DNA of 64,000 bases from Rotaria socialis. Taxonomy: Eukaryota. The DNA lies in NCBI GenBank assembly GCA_905331295.1, contig CAJNYD010000012.1, positions 124,001 through 188,000 of the forward strand, in the 5' to 3' direction. Position numbers and translations under genes: made by a program. Shown here in pieces: positions 27,709 through 43,959 of the stretch (position 1 is its first letter; every line of letters begins with the position of its first letter). The notes beneath the pieces were generated by a model that saw nothing but the letters and a program-made list of their open reading frames with translations, searched no databases and was not told the origin of the DNA.

Positions 27709-28403
27709 CGACATTATTATCGAATAATGACCTCTCGTTAGATTAAAGATGTCACTAGTTGGTTGGCTGTCAGCCAGATGAGGATTACTGTACTCTATTG
27801 AAATGGACGGCTTGAATCCCGTTTGCATATTTGAGTTATCGTTAAATTGTGTCAAACTGTTTAATTGATCGTGTATGATAACTTAAATGAGCTTTCGTTA
27901 TCCATTTCGTAGTCGTGACATCCCTAATCGACTGCCCCTTACCAATCCAAAAGGAGTCACTAGTAAATCCCCGGGGCACCTTAAGGGATATTCAACTAGA
28001 GTTTAATATATTACAACTACTGTTGAAAGAGAAGAAATTGATCGATTTAGAGAGCGATAGGAAACATCAATTTTTGAAAACTTAGCAAAACATCAAGCAA
28101 GAAGTTTCTGAATTATCTTGTGCCTGGAAGTATTTTAATTTTGTATGTACGCTTTTGTCTAAAGCTCATTCATCCGTTTGATAATTGAATTACAACAACG
28201 GACACTTTATTACGACAATAACTACGTTAATAATCCAATAAATCCCGGTACATTTCGGCCATCACATAGTCTACCAAAACTTTTCTTGTTGTATACACTC
28301 GGAGGAAAGTGGTCTATTTAAAGTTGAACATTAAGGATGTAAGGATTCAATAACTTTTTAATCATAAAAATTCGTCAAGCGAATATAGAATATGAAAGTA
28401 TAT

Positions 28404-28700
28404 ACCCAGGTCCAAACGGTACGGCGGGAAACTGTTGGTTCCGGTGAAATTCCAGCAAAAGGATGGAAGCAGTATTCCGGGACCGGTTACGACTTCTTCC
28501 CTGATGATTCCTGCAACCGGATGAAATACCAGGATCCCAGTGCCGTTCCCAGCAAGGTTCCTGAGAAGGGCTCCGCGCCTTTTCACGGGAGCAGGTTCCG
28601 AACTATATTCCTTCCGTTTCCAATTCGGTTACAACACCCAGATCCGACCGTTTTTATTTCCTTTCAGGAGGCTTAATCCCACAACCGGAAACGATAGGAT
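28404..28700. mobile_element. GC-rich repeat or partial non-autonomous element
   Basis: Abrupt GC increase starting at TA|cccaggtccaaacgg, dense ccgg/ttcc/ggaa motifs, stop-poor in several frames; no matching second terminus found. Confidence 0.45.
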
Positions 28701-31700
28701 CTATTCGAGAACGTATTCCTTATAACTACATGACTTTAATATCTTACAATCGACAAATTGGATCGCTCTTTCACAAGAATCTCTGGAATACAATTGTATA
28801 TTCAATGTTCAAATGTATGAAATATTAAAGAAAGTTACAATTCCACACAAGCACTGATAAAGATTTTGACTCTCTTCCGAACATTGAACTAAATTGGATA
28901 TGATAGTCATTCTTAAAGCAGTTTTAAGGGGTACGAATTTAACAGCAGTATGAGAACAAGCAGACTCGATACAAAATATCACGTAAGAGATTGCACAGCT
29001 CACAGCCCACTGCTGAGAGCAATAGTTGAATAGAGACAACGATAGACAATTGAATTGTGTCTTCAAATTGGAAGATATTATTTAGCTCAGATAATCCGTC
29101 GCGACCATGCACAATAATTAGGTAAACGAAACCACTACTGAGCTGATTTGAATTAAATGAATCGCCCGAGTTCAAAATAAAACCGACATCATAAAAATCA
29201 ATAAATCACACGTCCATCTCTGGAAACTCTAAAAACCGACAAGATACTCAAATCTTATCATTTTAAAGGTCTTCAAGCACACCAACCACAGATACGAACG
29301 GAATGTGAAAGATAGGCACAGGAGCAGAAAGACCATTCTCTCCGAGTCCAACCGAGTTAGATATGACAAAAATGAGAGCGCTCAAAACAAAAAGTATTGA
29401 AATACTAAAACAGTCTTCAGGCTGCGTATCAGCCAACCTTCACCTACATATATATGCGTGTTCGACACTTAGAAGTTCCTTCACTCGTGCATGCAACTAC
29501 TAGTAAAGTGCCTTCAAGACTGCCTGAAACTCTTCAAACTGACCCAGCGATACATGAACACCCTGAAGATCACCAATCTATCCACATGAGTGAAAATTCA
29601 AAGTTCCAACCCCAGAGGCGCAACACACCTGTTCAGGTAAGTCACAGATAACACTTGGCATACTTTTTTTTATCCCAAAACTTTCTCAAAATCATTCCAA
29701 CCCCATTTCTAATATTAATGAATGCTAATTGAAAACAAGAATCGACATAGGACTTTGAACTTGTTATATATCAACAAGATCAGTTTTAGTACAAAAAGTA
29801 CCACGGTTCCTATCTATGTCTAAGTGAAAATAGTACGCCCGTATATAAAAACTCAAAAGTCAGAAGAAACATTCAGAAGTATTTGAAAGAATATGTATTC
29901 ACAGATTTCTTGGCACTTGTCTTCACGATAAAGTTACATTGAAACAAACATTTAAGTAATCGGTTCTAATATTTATGAATGATACAGATAATTCGGCCGT
30001 TTTACTATTTGATAGATGTTTAATTTTAACAATAAAAAGATGTCTTTTTTCAATATAAATGTTATTTACCTGATTCAATTGTCATCAAAGTTATCGTTTG
30101 ATTCAAGCGTTCTTTGCCGCACTCGTATTTTCATGATTGATTGCATGTTAATCAACACTGATATCAACCAATCTATACTTGACCATTCAGGCAACGGTTA
30201 TTAATGTTATTTTTATCATTCTTTATCTTTGTGATGATGTTCATTGCTTTCATCGCTAATGTGCTGCTCTGTTTTTTTCCAGATATATCTAATAGTAGAA
30301 GTTACGTTTAACGCCGATCAAAAAGTTCGTCAAAGTGTTTAATGTTTTTTTTAAAGACCTGTGACACATCTGTATTCTACTGTTCTAAGCTTGGTGTATC
30401 TTAAGTTGTTATTTTCTGTTGTGATTTATCTGTATGATTTTATATTATTTACGCCTATTAAATAATTTGTTACGCAGTAACGAAACCCACGTAACGGTAA
30501 AATTTTTGGGATTTTGAACATCAGTAAGTATCAATTTCCATATAACATCCTATGAATTTCAGCCACCGGATCTTTATTTTGCTGATGATAGCGGTTATAG
30601 GAGGTTCACCTTATCGTTTCATTTTGCCTCAGTTTAAAATATCTTTACTTTCCTTTTGCCTTCATGTTTTATTGGTTCGAACATCATTACTCCGTTTTAT
30701 TTTCTCGTAAGAAAAAAATAAATCCGATCCATTCTTTTTTTTCTTGTTCTCAAGACTCAAGAACAAATGTTTTGATAGTTCCGGCTTAGCATTTCTAACT
30801 CATACCGTGCTAGTTGAATCTATTATAAGAATTAAAAGGGCACATTGATCATTTTCACGGATCAGTAAATCTGATTGAGACGGTTTGTTTTTCTATAGAT
30901 AATTTTAGATAGGATTATTGCCAATGTATTGTCGTACTTTATGTTTAGTTCGGCACTAAATATAGCAAAAAGATTAGAAAAGTACGAACTTAAACTAAAT
31001 CTAGTAAGAAGTCAGAGTTTTATTTCTCTCAAGCTCTTCTTTCAGTGAAATTCTAAATAACACGACTAACGGATTCAAAATACTGCATCGTTATATATGT
31101 CCTCACAGTATTAGAATTAATTCTAATCTGACTAGATCCTCTATCTTCAGATTTCTTCTATGCATCAGATTTGAAAGGATTCGATAATATCTAATGAATA
31201 AATTGGATAGCACACCCGTCGGGTCTTTCCCGAGATAATCCACTTTGAACTATAATGAATGCCAAGTGAGATTATACTTGGCCTATTTTTACGGAAGATG
31301 TTGCTTTCCGACACAGCGTGCGACATCGAATTCAATATTTTCCATCGCGAGTACCAGGCAAAATTAATTCCTAGGGAAAGCTCAAAACTACATTGCTTCA
31401 TATATCTGCAACATCTAACAAATTTATGTTTATTGGGGAAAAAACGAAGTACAAAGTTTATTTTTTACGCTTATGAGTGCACATTTATTTATTGTATACA
31501 GAAAATAATTGTTTTCCTAGATTGCACATAAGTAAAACAAGAAAATGCTTTTTAAGGTCTTCAATTCATTTTTTTTCTATCAAATGTATGAAATTGTAAA
31601 AGTAAAACAAAGTCGTTGCTTTTTTATTTCTAAACAGTAAGAAATCATTGAATCCATGCTGCTGCATGAGCTGACAGAACATCCTTGAAAGTATGACGAA

Positions 31701-32111
31701 TGCGAAATCAAACAATTCAGTTATAAAATCTTGTGCTGTTTACAGTCGACACATCGATTTTCTCATCAATCGTTCTTTTTCATGCGCGTAGTATCCTTTC
31801 CGATTATCTGAGCACATTATAATATGAATTTTATGCTACTTTTACTCTGCGTCTGCTTTAGCTTTAGGAAGATTTCCTTCCCTTAATCGGATATATGTCT
31901 ATCAATTTAGAAAAACAAACTGCACGTACTAAACAAAGGCAGAAAATACATGCTTTAGACAGCGTCAGTTAAAAATGAAAGAATGAATTGTCTAAACGCT
32001 TCAGCATTCTTCGTCTCTCTCAAATTGAATACAAAACTTTTCATGTCTTCTTTTTTTTCCTCATTACAAGAATTCATTTATTGAATTTAAAAATAAAAAA
32101 AAAATTATATT

Positions 32112-34974
32112 TTAACATCTTTCAAAAACAGGAATATCTTCAATTGTAACTGAATATAAATATGATTGATTTCCTTCATAAACTTGTTCATCACGAATAC
32201 ATTTCCATTTACCTTGTGGTAAATAGATATTTAATTGATTAGCATTTTCTTCGAGTACGGGTGCTATAAGCAAATTATTTCCTAACATATATTCATTCTC
32301 ACAGATTAATGCGTTTGCATCGTATGGGTCGCAGAACCATAATGGTCGAATCATTGGCGTACCATATTGTACACATTCTTCAGCTGTTGATAGTAGAATA
32401 GAACGATAGCGTTCCCGTATTTCAAGACATTTATAAGCTATACGAATAACTTGTTCATCATTATAGAGCCAAGGCGGAAAAGAAAATTGTATTGCAGGCA
32501 AAAGAACATTCAATTGAAGCCAACGTATATAGAGTTCACGTTCTGGTAAACGTGTTTGAGTAATTGTTACGCCATAACCGTTACCGCCAACCTATGTTCA
32601 ATAAGAGAAAAACAAAATTGATTGATTTGATTCAGCGTGCAGAAAACAATGAATAACATCAGGCAAGAATAATCTTCCTTAGTCATTTAAAATAAGAAGA
32701 TACGATTTTAATATGATTTATCAAAAATAGCTTTGCCTGAATTGTTCATCAAATTCTGTACGTATTTATAAATCGAAATAGAATTCAACTATACAGAGCA
32801 GCTTTTCCTTCACGCGAGAAACATGACCGTAAATGTTTTCTTAGGCTAATGGAAGCAAAATGACTATTACCGGTTGATTAAGTAGCATGCCGCAAAAGAA
32901 AATTAGCTCTATTAGTCCATGGTAACATTCACTCGTTAAAGGACTAATCTTTCATTAGCATAGAAATTGTTATTTTGCAACAGATTATAAATGTCAATCG
33001 AAGATACTGCATAAAAAACAAAAATCTACGCAAAGCGTACCATATCAGGCAAAACAAATGGATAGCCAAGAAGACTTAAGTTAAATACACTTGGCAATAA
33101 TGATCGTAGACCATTAACATATGACCAATTCGAGTCTTTATCAATTACTCTAACAAATATCGGTAATGTTTGTGTACGATAACCAACTCGTACTTCAAGT
33201 AAACGATTCGTTGCATCAATACGATAGGCAAGCTGTGAATATAAATAAGAATGAAGTGCCGGCGTGGTTACTAATGTTGTTTTATCAGTAGTCATCTGTT
33301 GACAAGATGGATTCGCAAATGAGCCGAATGCTGGCAGCCAATTAACTTCGCCAGCATCAAATTTAAAACTATCTATATCATAAAGATTTTGAAGTTTTTG
33401 CAAACTTTTTGTATATTCTTCTTGTGCGGATTCCTTAGTAAAATCTAAAGAGCCACCAAGACCATTCCACCATAGAGAAATGCCGGGTAATGTGAAGAAA
33501 AATCGTTCGTGAATGCATTTGATTAGATTAATAAAATGTTGACATTTAGGATTAGATATAAAATCATCGAAGACAATTTGTAGAAAAGTAGAACGTTCAA
33601 TAATTAAATCCAATAATGAAGATAAAATATTCATATTAATTAATAAACCACGACGCCAATAATCAATAAATAGAGATGATTTACAAGATACAAATGGATG
33701 AGTCCAAAGTGTAACACGAAAATTAAGTTGTTTTAATTTTGATATCATTTTTTTGGGGTCCGGAAATTTCTTTCGATCAAAATCGTAGGCTCCCTAGAAG
33801 AATCCAAAGTTTTTTTTCCACGTCAATCTACTAATCTTCTCGTTTCAAATTGATACTTACATAATGTGGCGTCCAATTATCATCAATACATAGTTGAGAA
33901 CGTGGAAAATTACGTTTCACAATTTCTTCAGCATAATCAAGTATTTTCTCTGTATTAATATCTTGTTTAAATTGCGCCCATGTTGACCATATGGGTTCAG
34001 TTATCATGCGATGATCTGGTGTGCCTATTGGCTTTCCCAAATAACGATTAATCATTGTTAAGTGAAGATCACACATATTCACATGTTGTAAAAGTCTATA
34101 TTGAAATTTATGTGAAATAAATCTTTTCTGTCGATAGGGAGTTCGATATTCGGATGTTAATTCAAGATGCTTTTTATTCATAGAAACAAATAAGGGTACA
34201 AGTGGATCAACAAATAATGCTAGACCAAGTGATGATAACCAATATCGTTCGCAAACATTTCCGAACATATTTCTATTGAAAATGAAAATTTTTCAAAGTT
34301 AACCTTCAACAAAATAGGAAATTTTTACTTATATGCATCGTGAGGAATCAATGCTTGAGATTTTGTTACGAATTGATTTATAGGCCAATAGACTGTTTTT
34401 TGTGTACCTCCGCCATACCAATAGCCGGTTTCAATTAGATTAAATCTATCATTGAAACAAGATCGATAATTTGGACTTGACCAAACAAATGTATATTCGT
34501 GTACGAAGTATGTTTGTTTTGATAGACAACTTAAAAATATGAAGATTTTCATTTCAAAACAAAATTTTCTTCTAACCTTTGTTGTTCAAGGTATTCATGT
34601 TTAATAATTAGACAATTCGTTGAATCAACAAATTTAATTTCCACTTGTTCATCGTGTATATCAAATGAACTTATTTTATATTTTTGTCCATTCAATTGTG
34701 CTAATTCAATAAGTTGCTTTTCTAATGGAGATATTTGTACGTTGAGTACAATTTTTTCGTCATCTGAGATTTGAAATGATAACGTATGGAAAACAAAGGA
34801 ACGATTTTGTAATTTGATAGTTATCTGCTGTTTATTTCGAGAACGCTTTCGAACAACAAACCAATAATACCACAAAGCAAACAAAAATATTAAACCAAGA
34901 AAAATAATAAATAAAAAAGTTGAATAAACAAAAAGACGAATGCCAAACCATAGCCATTCTCGTATGTCTATCAT
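32112..34974 (-). CDS. MYORG: GH31 membrane-anchored glycosidase, MYORG-like
   Basis: N-terminal TM helix, WYGGG, FGNVCERYWLSS, PIWSTWAQF, IDDNW, VTLWTHPF, WWNGLG, FKFDAGE (nucleophile), LPDM|VGGNGY, RELYIRWLQL, IQFSFPPW, IRPLW. Confidence 0.9.
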
Positions 34975-35777
34975 AATTTGTTTCTATAGTAGTTCTTGTT
35001 GTGCTGCTTTACCAAACTTCCTCTGTTTTATTAGTATTTTCTTATCTCCAATCTTATAAATAAATAAATATACAATCTGTAAAACATGCTTTTCAAAGGG
35101 CGAAGTCTTTTCTGTTGTTTCTCTCGTTAATTTAAAAAAAATAAGTTTGGTTCATTATTTTTGCTGCAGACTTTTTTCTGATGTGTATATGCTGAAAAAA
35201 GAAAAAAAAACGAAGCCAAAAAAAAAAGAACGAGAGAGAGAGAGATAAAGAGAAAAAAATCAAGGACAAAAAAACGTGTGTATGACGTAATTGTTGACAT
35301 GAGAGTGAAGCTGTTTCTTTGTTTTGTTTCTCGATGATCAAATGAACAACACACACACTCGCACACATTGATATATTTATATATAGAACAGCAACACAAC
35401 TGAGAGTAATACACACACAGACGCACACACAAAAGACGAAGTTTAGGTCCCAGGAGGTAGGGAAAAGAAAAGAATTGTGTACAAAAGCATGTTGAAAAAC
35501 GAAAAAGATGCAGCGGTGAAGATACACACTAAAGCCGATTGAATGATTTTACGTTTGTTTAATCATACAAACAGATTGTTCATGCTATGGATGTTATAGC
35601 AACAAGAATTTTTTTCTTCTCATTCGTAGAGTTGTTGTTGTCGTGTCAGTACGTAAGAAGAATTAAAGAATTAAAAGAAGCCACTGATACATAGACACAC
35701 AGACAAATGTATATACGACAACAATGAGGAGAAAAAAACGAGAGAGAGAGAGAGAATAGTTTGATGATAAAGATATT

Positions 35778-37609
<1,832 letters not shown>

Positions 37610-39197
37610 GTTTTGATAAAAATTGGGATTGTGTTTCTTTTTAAAGCTTTTATTCAAGATAGGCGGGTTATAAATTTGAAATTTTGTACAGGAGGAAAAG
37701 GTTTAGTTCAGAGAAAAACCAGCTTTTCTCTCATATCTTTTCAATGATACATATAGATTGATAAAAATTATCGGAGTATATTAAATCTACAATGAGAAAA
37801 TAGAGATTATATTTGACAACTATAAATGCTGTTTTGTTTTGATGAGAAAAATTGTTCAAGTCAGCGTAATGTTCAATAGTTTAGGTTTAATTATTGTGTT
37901 GATTACGAACAATATAGATTCGTTTTAAGGAAAACGAAGATAGAAAAGAAATTAAAGTTCAAAAAAGAAACTAAGAATAACATATGTTCTGTTTAGTCGC
38001 CATTTTTTAGGCATCAGTTTCCATTGAGAATCGAGTGGGTGTCGTTGCTTTGCTTGTTTCGTCTTGTCGATGGGTTATGATGAGAAAAAGCAGCCATACC
38101 GGTGGTTATAAGGCAGCCGAGGTCAACAAACAAGAAATTTTCGTTTTTTATGAAAATCATATTCGCGTGATACCAGTTTACGAACATAATAAGATATCTT
38201 TTTCGGATAATTTTTAATAATCTTACATTAGACAAATAGATGGCATTAATACTAATGCAATATATACTTGCGCCATCTATAGACGCACAAAAGTTTAGTA
38301 TTCTCATAAAAGAATAATGAGCAAAACTGCTCATGTAATAATCAAACGTTATAAATATTTAAATTTTGATTAGAGAATATGTTATTGTAATTATAATAAT
38401 TAATCATTGATCTAGTTTCAAGCTGTTTTCCATACTGTAAATTTAAATTGATCGATTACTTAAATATTGATCAATGAAGCAATAAAAGCTTGCACAAAAG
38501 ACTACCATTTCCATTATGAATATTTAGCTCAATAGAATACCCGAGCTCTGTACGAGTACAAGAAAAATAAAATGCCAGCACTCGCAATTTTCCACATGGC
38601 TTAATACAACTTCAAAATATTAATATACAAAGAGTTGAGAAAATTTCCCCTAAGAATCTCTTGTTCTTATTGTTATAAGTTAATTTGAGAAACAAATAAA
38701 CTTATTGTGAAAGAAAAAATTTCAAGCATTTTAAAATTGTTGTTCCTTGATCACTATGACTCCTTCTATAACATAGATAGATTTTCATAACTTATGAAAA
38801 TAAGATTGAGTGATTTTGTCGAGTTCAAGTTTTATTAAGTGAAAAATACTCTAGTTCTCTACTCTTCTTTTCATTATTCATAATAGCCATTTGGATTGTA
38901 ATAACTAACTATTATACAATATTGGAATTATATTCTAGAAAAATAACCGATATTAATGGAGCAAAAATAAATGCTTGAAATATTCTTTTCGCTCTTGTTA
39001 TCAATTTGAAGTACTCTGCTGGTTGTTTAAGTGTGTCACAAGATTATAATGAAATTGTACGCTTGCACTTAAGAGCCGATGTTCTGTGCATCGATTTAGT
39101 TATCGTTTTCTTTTTCTCTCTATTAATTCAATTTGTATATACAGAGTTTCTTTAGAAGGAACTGAACCAATGACAAAATTGAATGTTCAAGTGTGTG

Positions 39198-41338
39198 TTA
39201 TTTTTTGCTCCCAGCAATACGACGTGGTTGTGTTTTATCGTTTCGTGTGCCAGTTGTTAATTTAGCATCATCATCGTACGGATTTGGTGGTGCTCGAATG
39301 CCACGTGAAAGACGTTGCTAAATAAAAAAAAAAGGCATTTGAGATCAAGCAAACAACAAAAAAACACAATCTATATATTTACTCGTTCTTGATAACGACG
39401 TTCATAATAATCCATTTCAGATTCTCCAGTACGTCTCAATTGTGATTGCGCTTCAGCGCCTTTGAAAAGAAAATAGACGGTTGACAAAGTTTCAATGGAA
39501 ATCTTTATTTATGTTTCTTACTATCAGGCTCATGAGATGCGTGTACACGAAGAATAGGATGGTCCATGGCTGTTATTGGTTGATTAAGAAAATCATCGTC
39601 TGGTCGACCTAATACACAAGAAAATCATTAGTTCTTTTTTGTTTTGGAGACAAAAGAAAAAGAACTGCTTTTTCTTTTTTTTACCTCTTCCGCTAGGATC
39701 CAATCGTAGATAGCCTTCAGCCAATGAACTAAAACCTGTTAAACCACCCATAGCTTGATAGGGTGTTGCATAACCTGTTGGATGACCTCGTTCTTCTCGC
39801 TCTTCTTTTGTTTCAACTAGAGTTATGTGTTTATTTGCTGATTCACCACATGTACATGTAAACGGAGCTGAAAATCCGGTACAATTACAATCTAAATAAA
39901 ATTTAAAATGCCACTTCATTTGTTAAATTAACAAAAAAGTCTAACTACTCTTTTGACATTTATAAGGCGGTTTGGTAGCATGATTATCAAGTGAATGTTT
40001 GCATCGACAATTTGGATCACTGGTACCCGACGCATTAGCAACATATTCATATGCAACACAACGACAGCCTTGCTGACGACATGATATCAGTATCGGTCGT
40101 TCCGTAGGAATTTGAGCGAAATCTGTTTTATGTTCTGCAAATCTGAATTGAAACAAAAAACAATAGTTTCAAGGTAGAATTTTTATCTCTATTTGAAATT
40201 TACTTATGCCGACAAAGACATTTATGTTGTGGGCCAATCAAAATACAATCCATTCCTTGAGGATTCACCCATGAAACAAACACCCGATTATGAAGACGCT
40301 AAATAACATTTAAAAACAAAATCAACGCTCTTATCTCATGAATCTAAATATTATTTTCATAGGATTATCTTATATGGCTCTTAATGAATAGTATCATTGT
40401 CGAATTCAACAATTCTATCTTTCATATTCTCGTTTGATATTTTTAACAACAACGACAACAGGACAAGAACGATTCAGTGGCAAGAATAAAAGCAGTAAAC
40501 ACTAAAGCAATTAGCTATACAGTTAGATCATCTCGACGATAGAACGATTGATATAGAAAAAGAAAAAACGAAAACGAAAACGACTTATATGGATCTCTCT
40601 AAACGTCTGCAAATAAATGTTTTTCTTATGGATCTAGAAGACTCAAACAATCAAAGTTTTGAAAATAATTAGTCTGAAAACATTCATCTACAATATAAAC
40701 TATTTAAAGAAAAATTTTTTTCACGCCATTTAAGCTTTTAAAATTCTCGATCTATTCTCATGTGTGATGGCCTATTTCAAGGTCTTCTCTAGTATGTAGA
40801 TTACAATGAAAAGCTTCTTACACAACAAGAATAAATCTTTAATTCATAGTGCATTTAAGCAATGTTGCAGAATGGTTCGCATCAAACGCATTATATATTA
40901 ATAGAATGAATCCAAAGATATCGCATGCAGGAAAATCGGTAGCACAATCAAAAGTAGCACTGTTATTATACATGAATATTTTAACATACCATTAAAAATC
41001 TATTGCTGATAACCTAGATCCTCTGGTAAATCTAAATTCTTCGTTCTATATGAGATTTTAACGATAATAAAACAGAAAATCTGAATATATGGAAATTCTT
41101 ACCATTGGTAAAACTCTTTTCTTATATTGTTCAAATTCTTCCGGAGTGAATACTTTTCCTCCATCGTCATCACCAACAATACTATCAAAGGTGAATCAGT
41201 TTATTTTCAGTAATTTTAGAATTAAATGTTATCTATGTCATACGCTCGATATTCAAAATAAGCATCAACATCAGCAGCTGCATTTGAAGGTAAACTAATA
41301 TGTTCACCAGGTGCACGTCGAGAACCTCTTCCGGCCAT
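39198..41338 (-). CDS. FAM221A: FAM221A-like protein
   Basis: DVDAYFEYRA|IVGDDDGGKVFTPEEFEQYKKRVLPM|RLHNRVFVSW...GMDCILIGP..., EHKTD, CRCKH, YQAMGGLTGFSSLAEGYLRLDPSG; ends IAGSKK*. Confidence 0.88.
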
Positions 41339-41573
41339 TTTAATAATGACTCTAGAAGAAGCAAAAATTCTATATTCTTGTAGCTAAACAACCGACATTG
41401 ATATGCCTATATGTTGTTTTCGTAAGATGTCGTTGTTCAAAAACGTATCCATTGAAAATAATCATCAAAACCTTATAGAGTATCATAACTCTATGTATGT
41501 AAAACTAAGTAGATATCATTGTTTTTTTTCATCTTTAACGTACATCCTATATGCTCCAGATGTCACTTGAAAT

Positions 41574-43454
41574 TACTTTAACGTTTTAATATAATATGTA
41601 AGGCGTGCAACACCTGGCTGAAAGAATTCAATCAAAAACGTAAATGCCACTCTGTTCATATAGAAATGTTTACTTAATAGAAATGTAAATTCTCAATGTA
41701 CAATCATGCATTCAATTTTCCTTTCTTTCATTGACGAACAATATTATTTATTCTGCATCTAGATTTCAACTATAAAATATTCTACTTGCGTAATCGCAGA
41801 ATAATCGTTGATGAGTTGAATAGTCCCTGGATCAATTGTTTGCTGTCCACCATAACCGTGTTTACTATAGAAGAAAAAAAGAATAGGAAATCCTATTTTG
41901 ATCTTTTCATACATTCTATGTCCTTCTTGTCAATGAATGGTTCCTTGAATTGTTTTCCATTTCCTTACTATTATTTTATTGTTTCAAAAATAGTAGCATA
42001 GTGTCCTTGTAATCTAGAAAATCCCATTCTGTCAGTAAAAAAAACAAATAAATATTTACACAAATAATGGTGTTTTTTATTTTAAAAAAAAGTTATCCAG
42101 AATATGACTAAAATAAACTTGCAAAAACACATAGAGTTGGTCTCATTAAAGTAACTGGACTTATAAAAATAGATCTCTTTCATGGCGTGATGCTTTCTGG
42201 AGAATTGTTTTATTTCCGTCCAACCCGTACTATCTAGAATCAAGAACACTCGACTATATTCAAAATTGTCAGATTCATGAGTAGAAGATTTCATCGATGG
42301 AAAATGTGAAATAACTTTTGAATGGTGGCGATGGTATTTATTTCGAGCGAGAGTTTTCATCAAAACGCAATGAGGAAAACGTTTTCTATAGCAACAGATT
42401 ACAACTTCATCGCTCGATAGTGATTTTCATTGGTAGATAAATTAATTATGAAATAACAACATACGAGCTGTTTCGAAAAAGAGACGGAGCAGAAAAAATT
42501 AGAAAGCCTCACATTATCTAATTAACATCGTAATCAAGTTATCGTTTAGTACAGTGCAATAGAACAGATTGATGCTTTTAACCGTCGCTCTCCGTGATCT
42601 TGTTTGCAATTCAACGAAATGTATCGATAAATAGACGAAACGACTGAAACATAGGCACTAGTGTTCTTTCATTCATTTAAAAGGAAAGCATTACAAACAG
42701 GAAAGAAATTCTGTTTTATAATACAATAATTTACAAGACTATTGAAACCAAAGCAATCGATCGGAAAATCTTTTGGTGAAATAACTGTGACAACGTCTAT
42801 TATAATTAACAGTTTAATCAAAAGAAATATGTGTTGAACATATAATTTGTTCTCTTATAAATTGCTGATAACGCCGACTGTACGCAGATGTAAATAAAAA
42901 AAATTCGGAATCTTGAACAAAATATCGGAGATATAACTATTGTGTAAGCCTACTGTCACATTCATCAAAACAACGGTTGTACGGATAGTTCGAGGAAATA
43001 TTAAAATAAACTGATTACTACTGTTCAAAACATTTACATTTAAACTCTTCATTGATCATAAGTTGTCGTCTATAGCAGGAAACATTCATATCAACAATAT
43101 AGAATATAACAAAAAACAAAAATGTTTCACAACGTGGTACATAAAACAAATTATATTCTACGATTGATAAGAAAGCAAACTGAAAATGATTTGCTCGTTA
43201 ATTTTTTTGCACATGCATTTCTCTATCGTCATAATGAGTATTATTTTACAGAATCATTCTATCGAGGTTACTTTTAATTTTCTCATCATTGACAAATCAT
43301 AGAAATTCTCTAGAGATGCTTTTTTTAAGTATCTTCGAGAAAATGTCATTTGATCTTTGTTGTTATTTGAGCTATTTATTAAATAAACAGCGAATAGATA
43401 TATACAATACAAGCCTACTAAAAATAATTTGCCGAGAGAATACATTGTTGACAT
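41574..43454 (-). pseudogene. Possible decayed multi-exon gene of unknown family
   Basis: Series of exon-sized segments bounded by AG/GT signals (~43280-43454 with a hydrophobic N-terminal anchor, ~42120-42387, ~41912-42013, ~41786-41865, ~41674-41758, ~41574-41617); several carry in-frame stops in their most coding-looking frame. Confidence 0.35.
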
Positions 43455-43959
43455 GCCGGCACGCGATCGAAAAATTCGATTAACTTCAAGATGTTACTTA
43501 TCTTATTCATCCAATAGAATTTGTCAATCTTGTGACGACATGTCGACACATCGTTAATATAAATTTAGCATTCACTCAACAGAATAAATCTGTTTTATTG
43601 TTCTCTTTTGCAAATAAATTAATATTGAATTTGCGTAGATTACCGTTGACTAAATTCCAAAAGTCGTAGACCGGTTTTACGTGGCAAATTCTTTAATATC
43701 GGTTCATTTTCGCTACAGAGTATATCAAATTTTGGTCGTACACAGATATTTATTTGAACAAAGTCTTCAAGAACACATTTTCCTAGGATGCAAACAGTAT
43801 TTATAATTTGCAATAGCATTTCAAAAGCAAATTTGAGTAAACATCAGATTGTTTCATGAGCCCCAATTTTCTTATTAATAATATATAAAAAAAACGCACA
43901 CAACGGGAGACTTTATCTGAGAGCAAAGATATATATTTTTTTCACTTTTGTTTGTCTAT

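Noticed and set aside
28362..28725. Three overlapping ORFs
   Set aside because: A stop-poor GC-rich repeat explains them; no recognisable domain.
29200..31550. Possible transposon remnants and short ORFs
   Set aside because: No paired TIRs, transposase or RT motifs could be identified by eye.
34325..34974. Apparent frameshift/overlap between two MYORG ORFs
   Set aside because: Resolved by a short GT-AG intron at ~34530-34576.
37708..37734. 8-codon uORF upstream of GSK3
   Set aside because: Cannot show that it lies within the transcript; short uORFs are common by chance.
41674..41758. In-frame TGA codons suggesting selenocysteine or recoding
   Set aside because: Neighbouring segments also contain TAA/TAG stops and no SECIS was recognised; decay is the simpler explanation.
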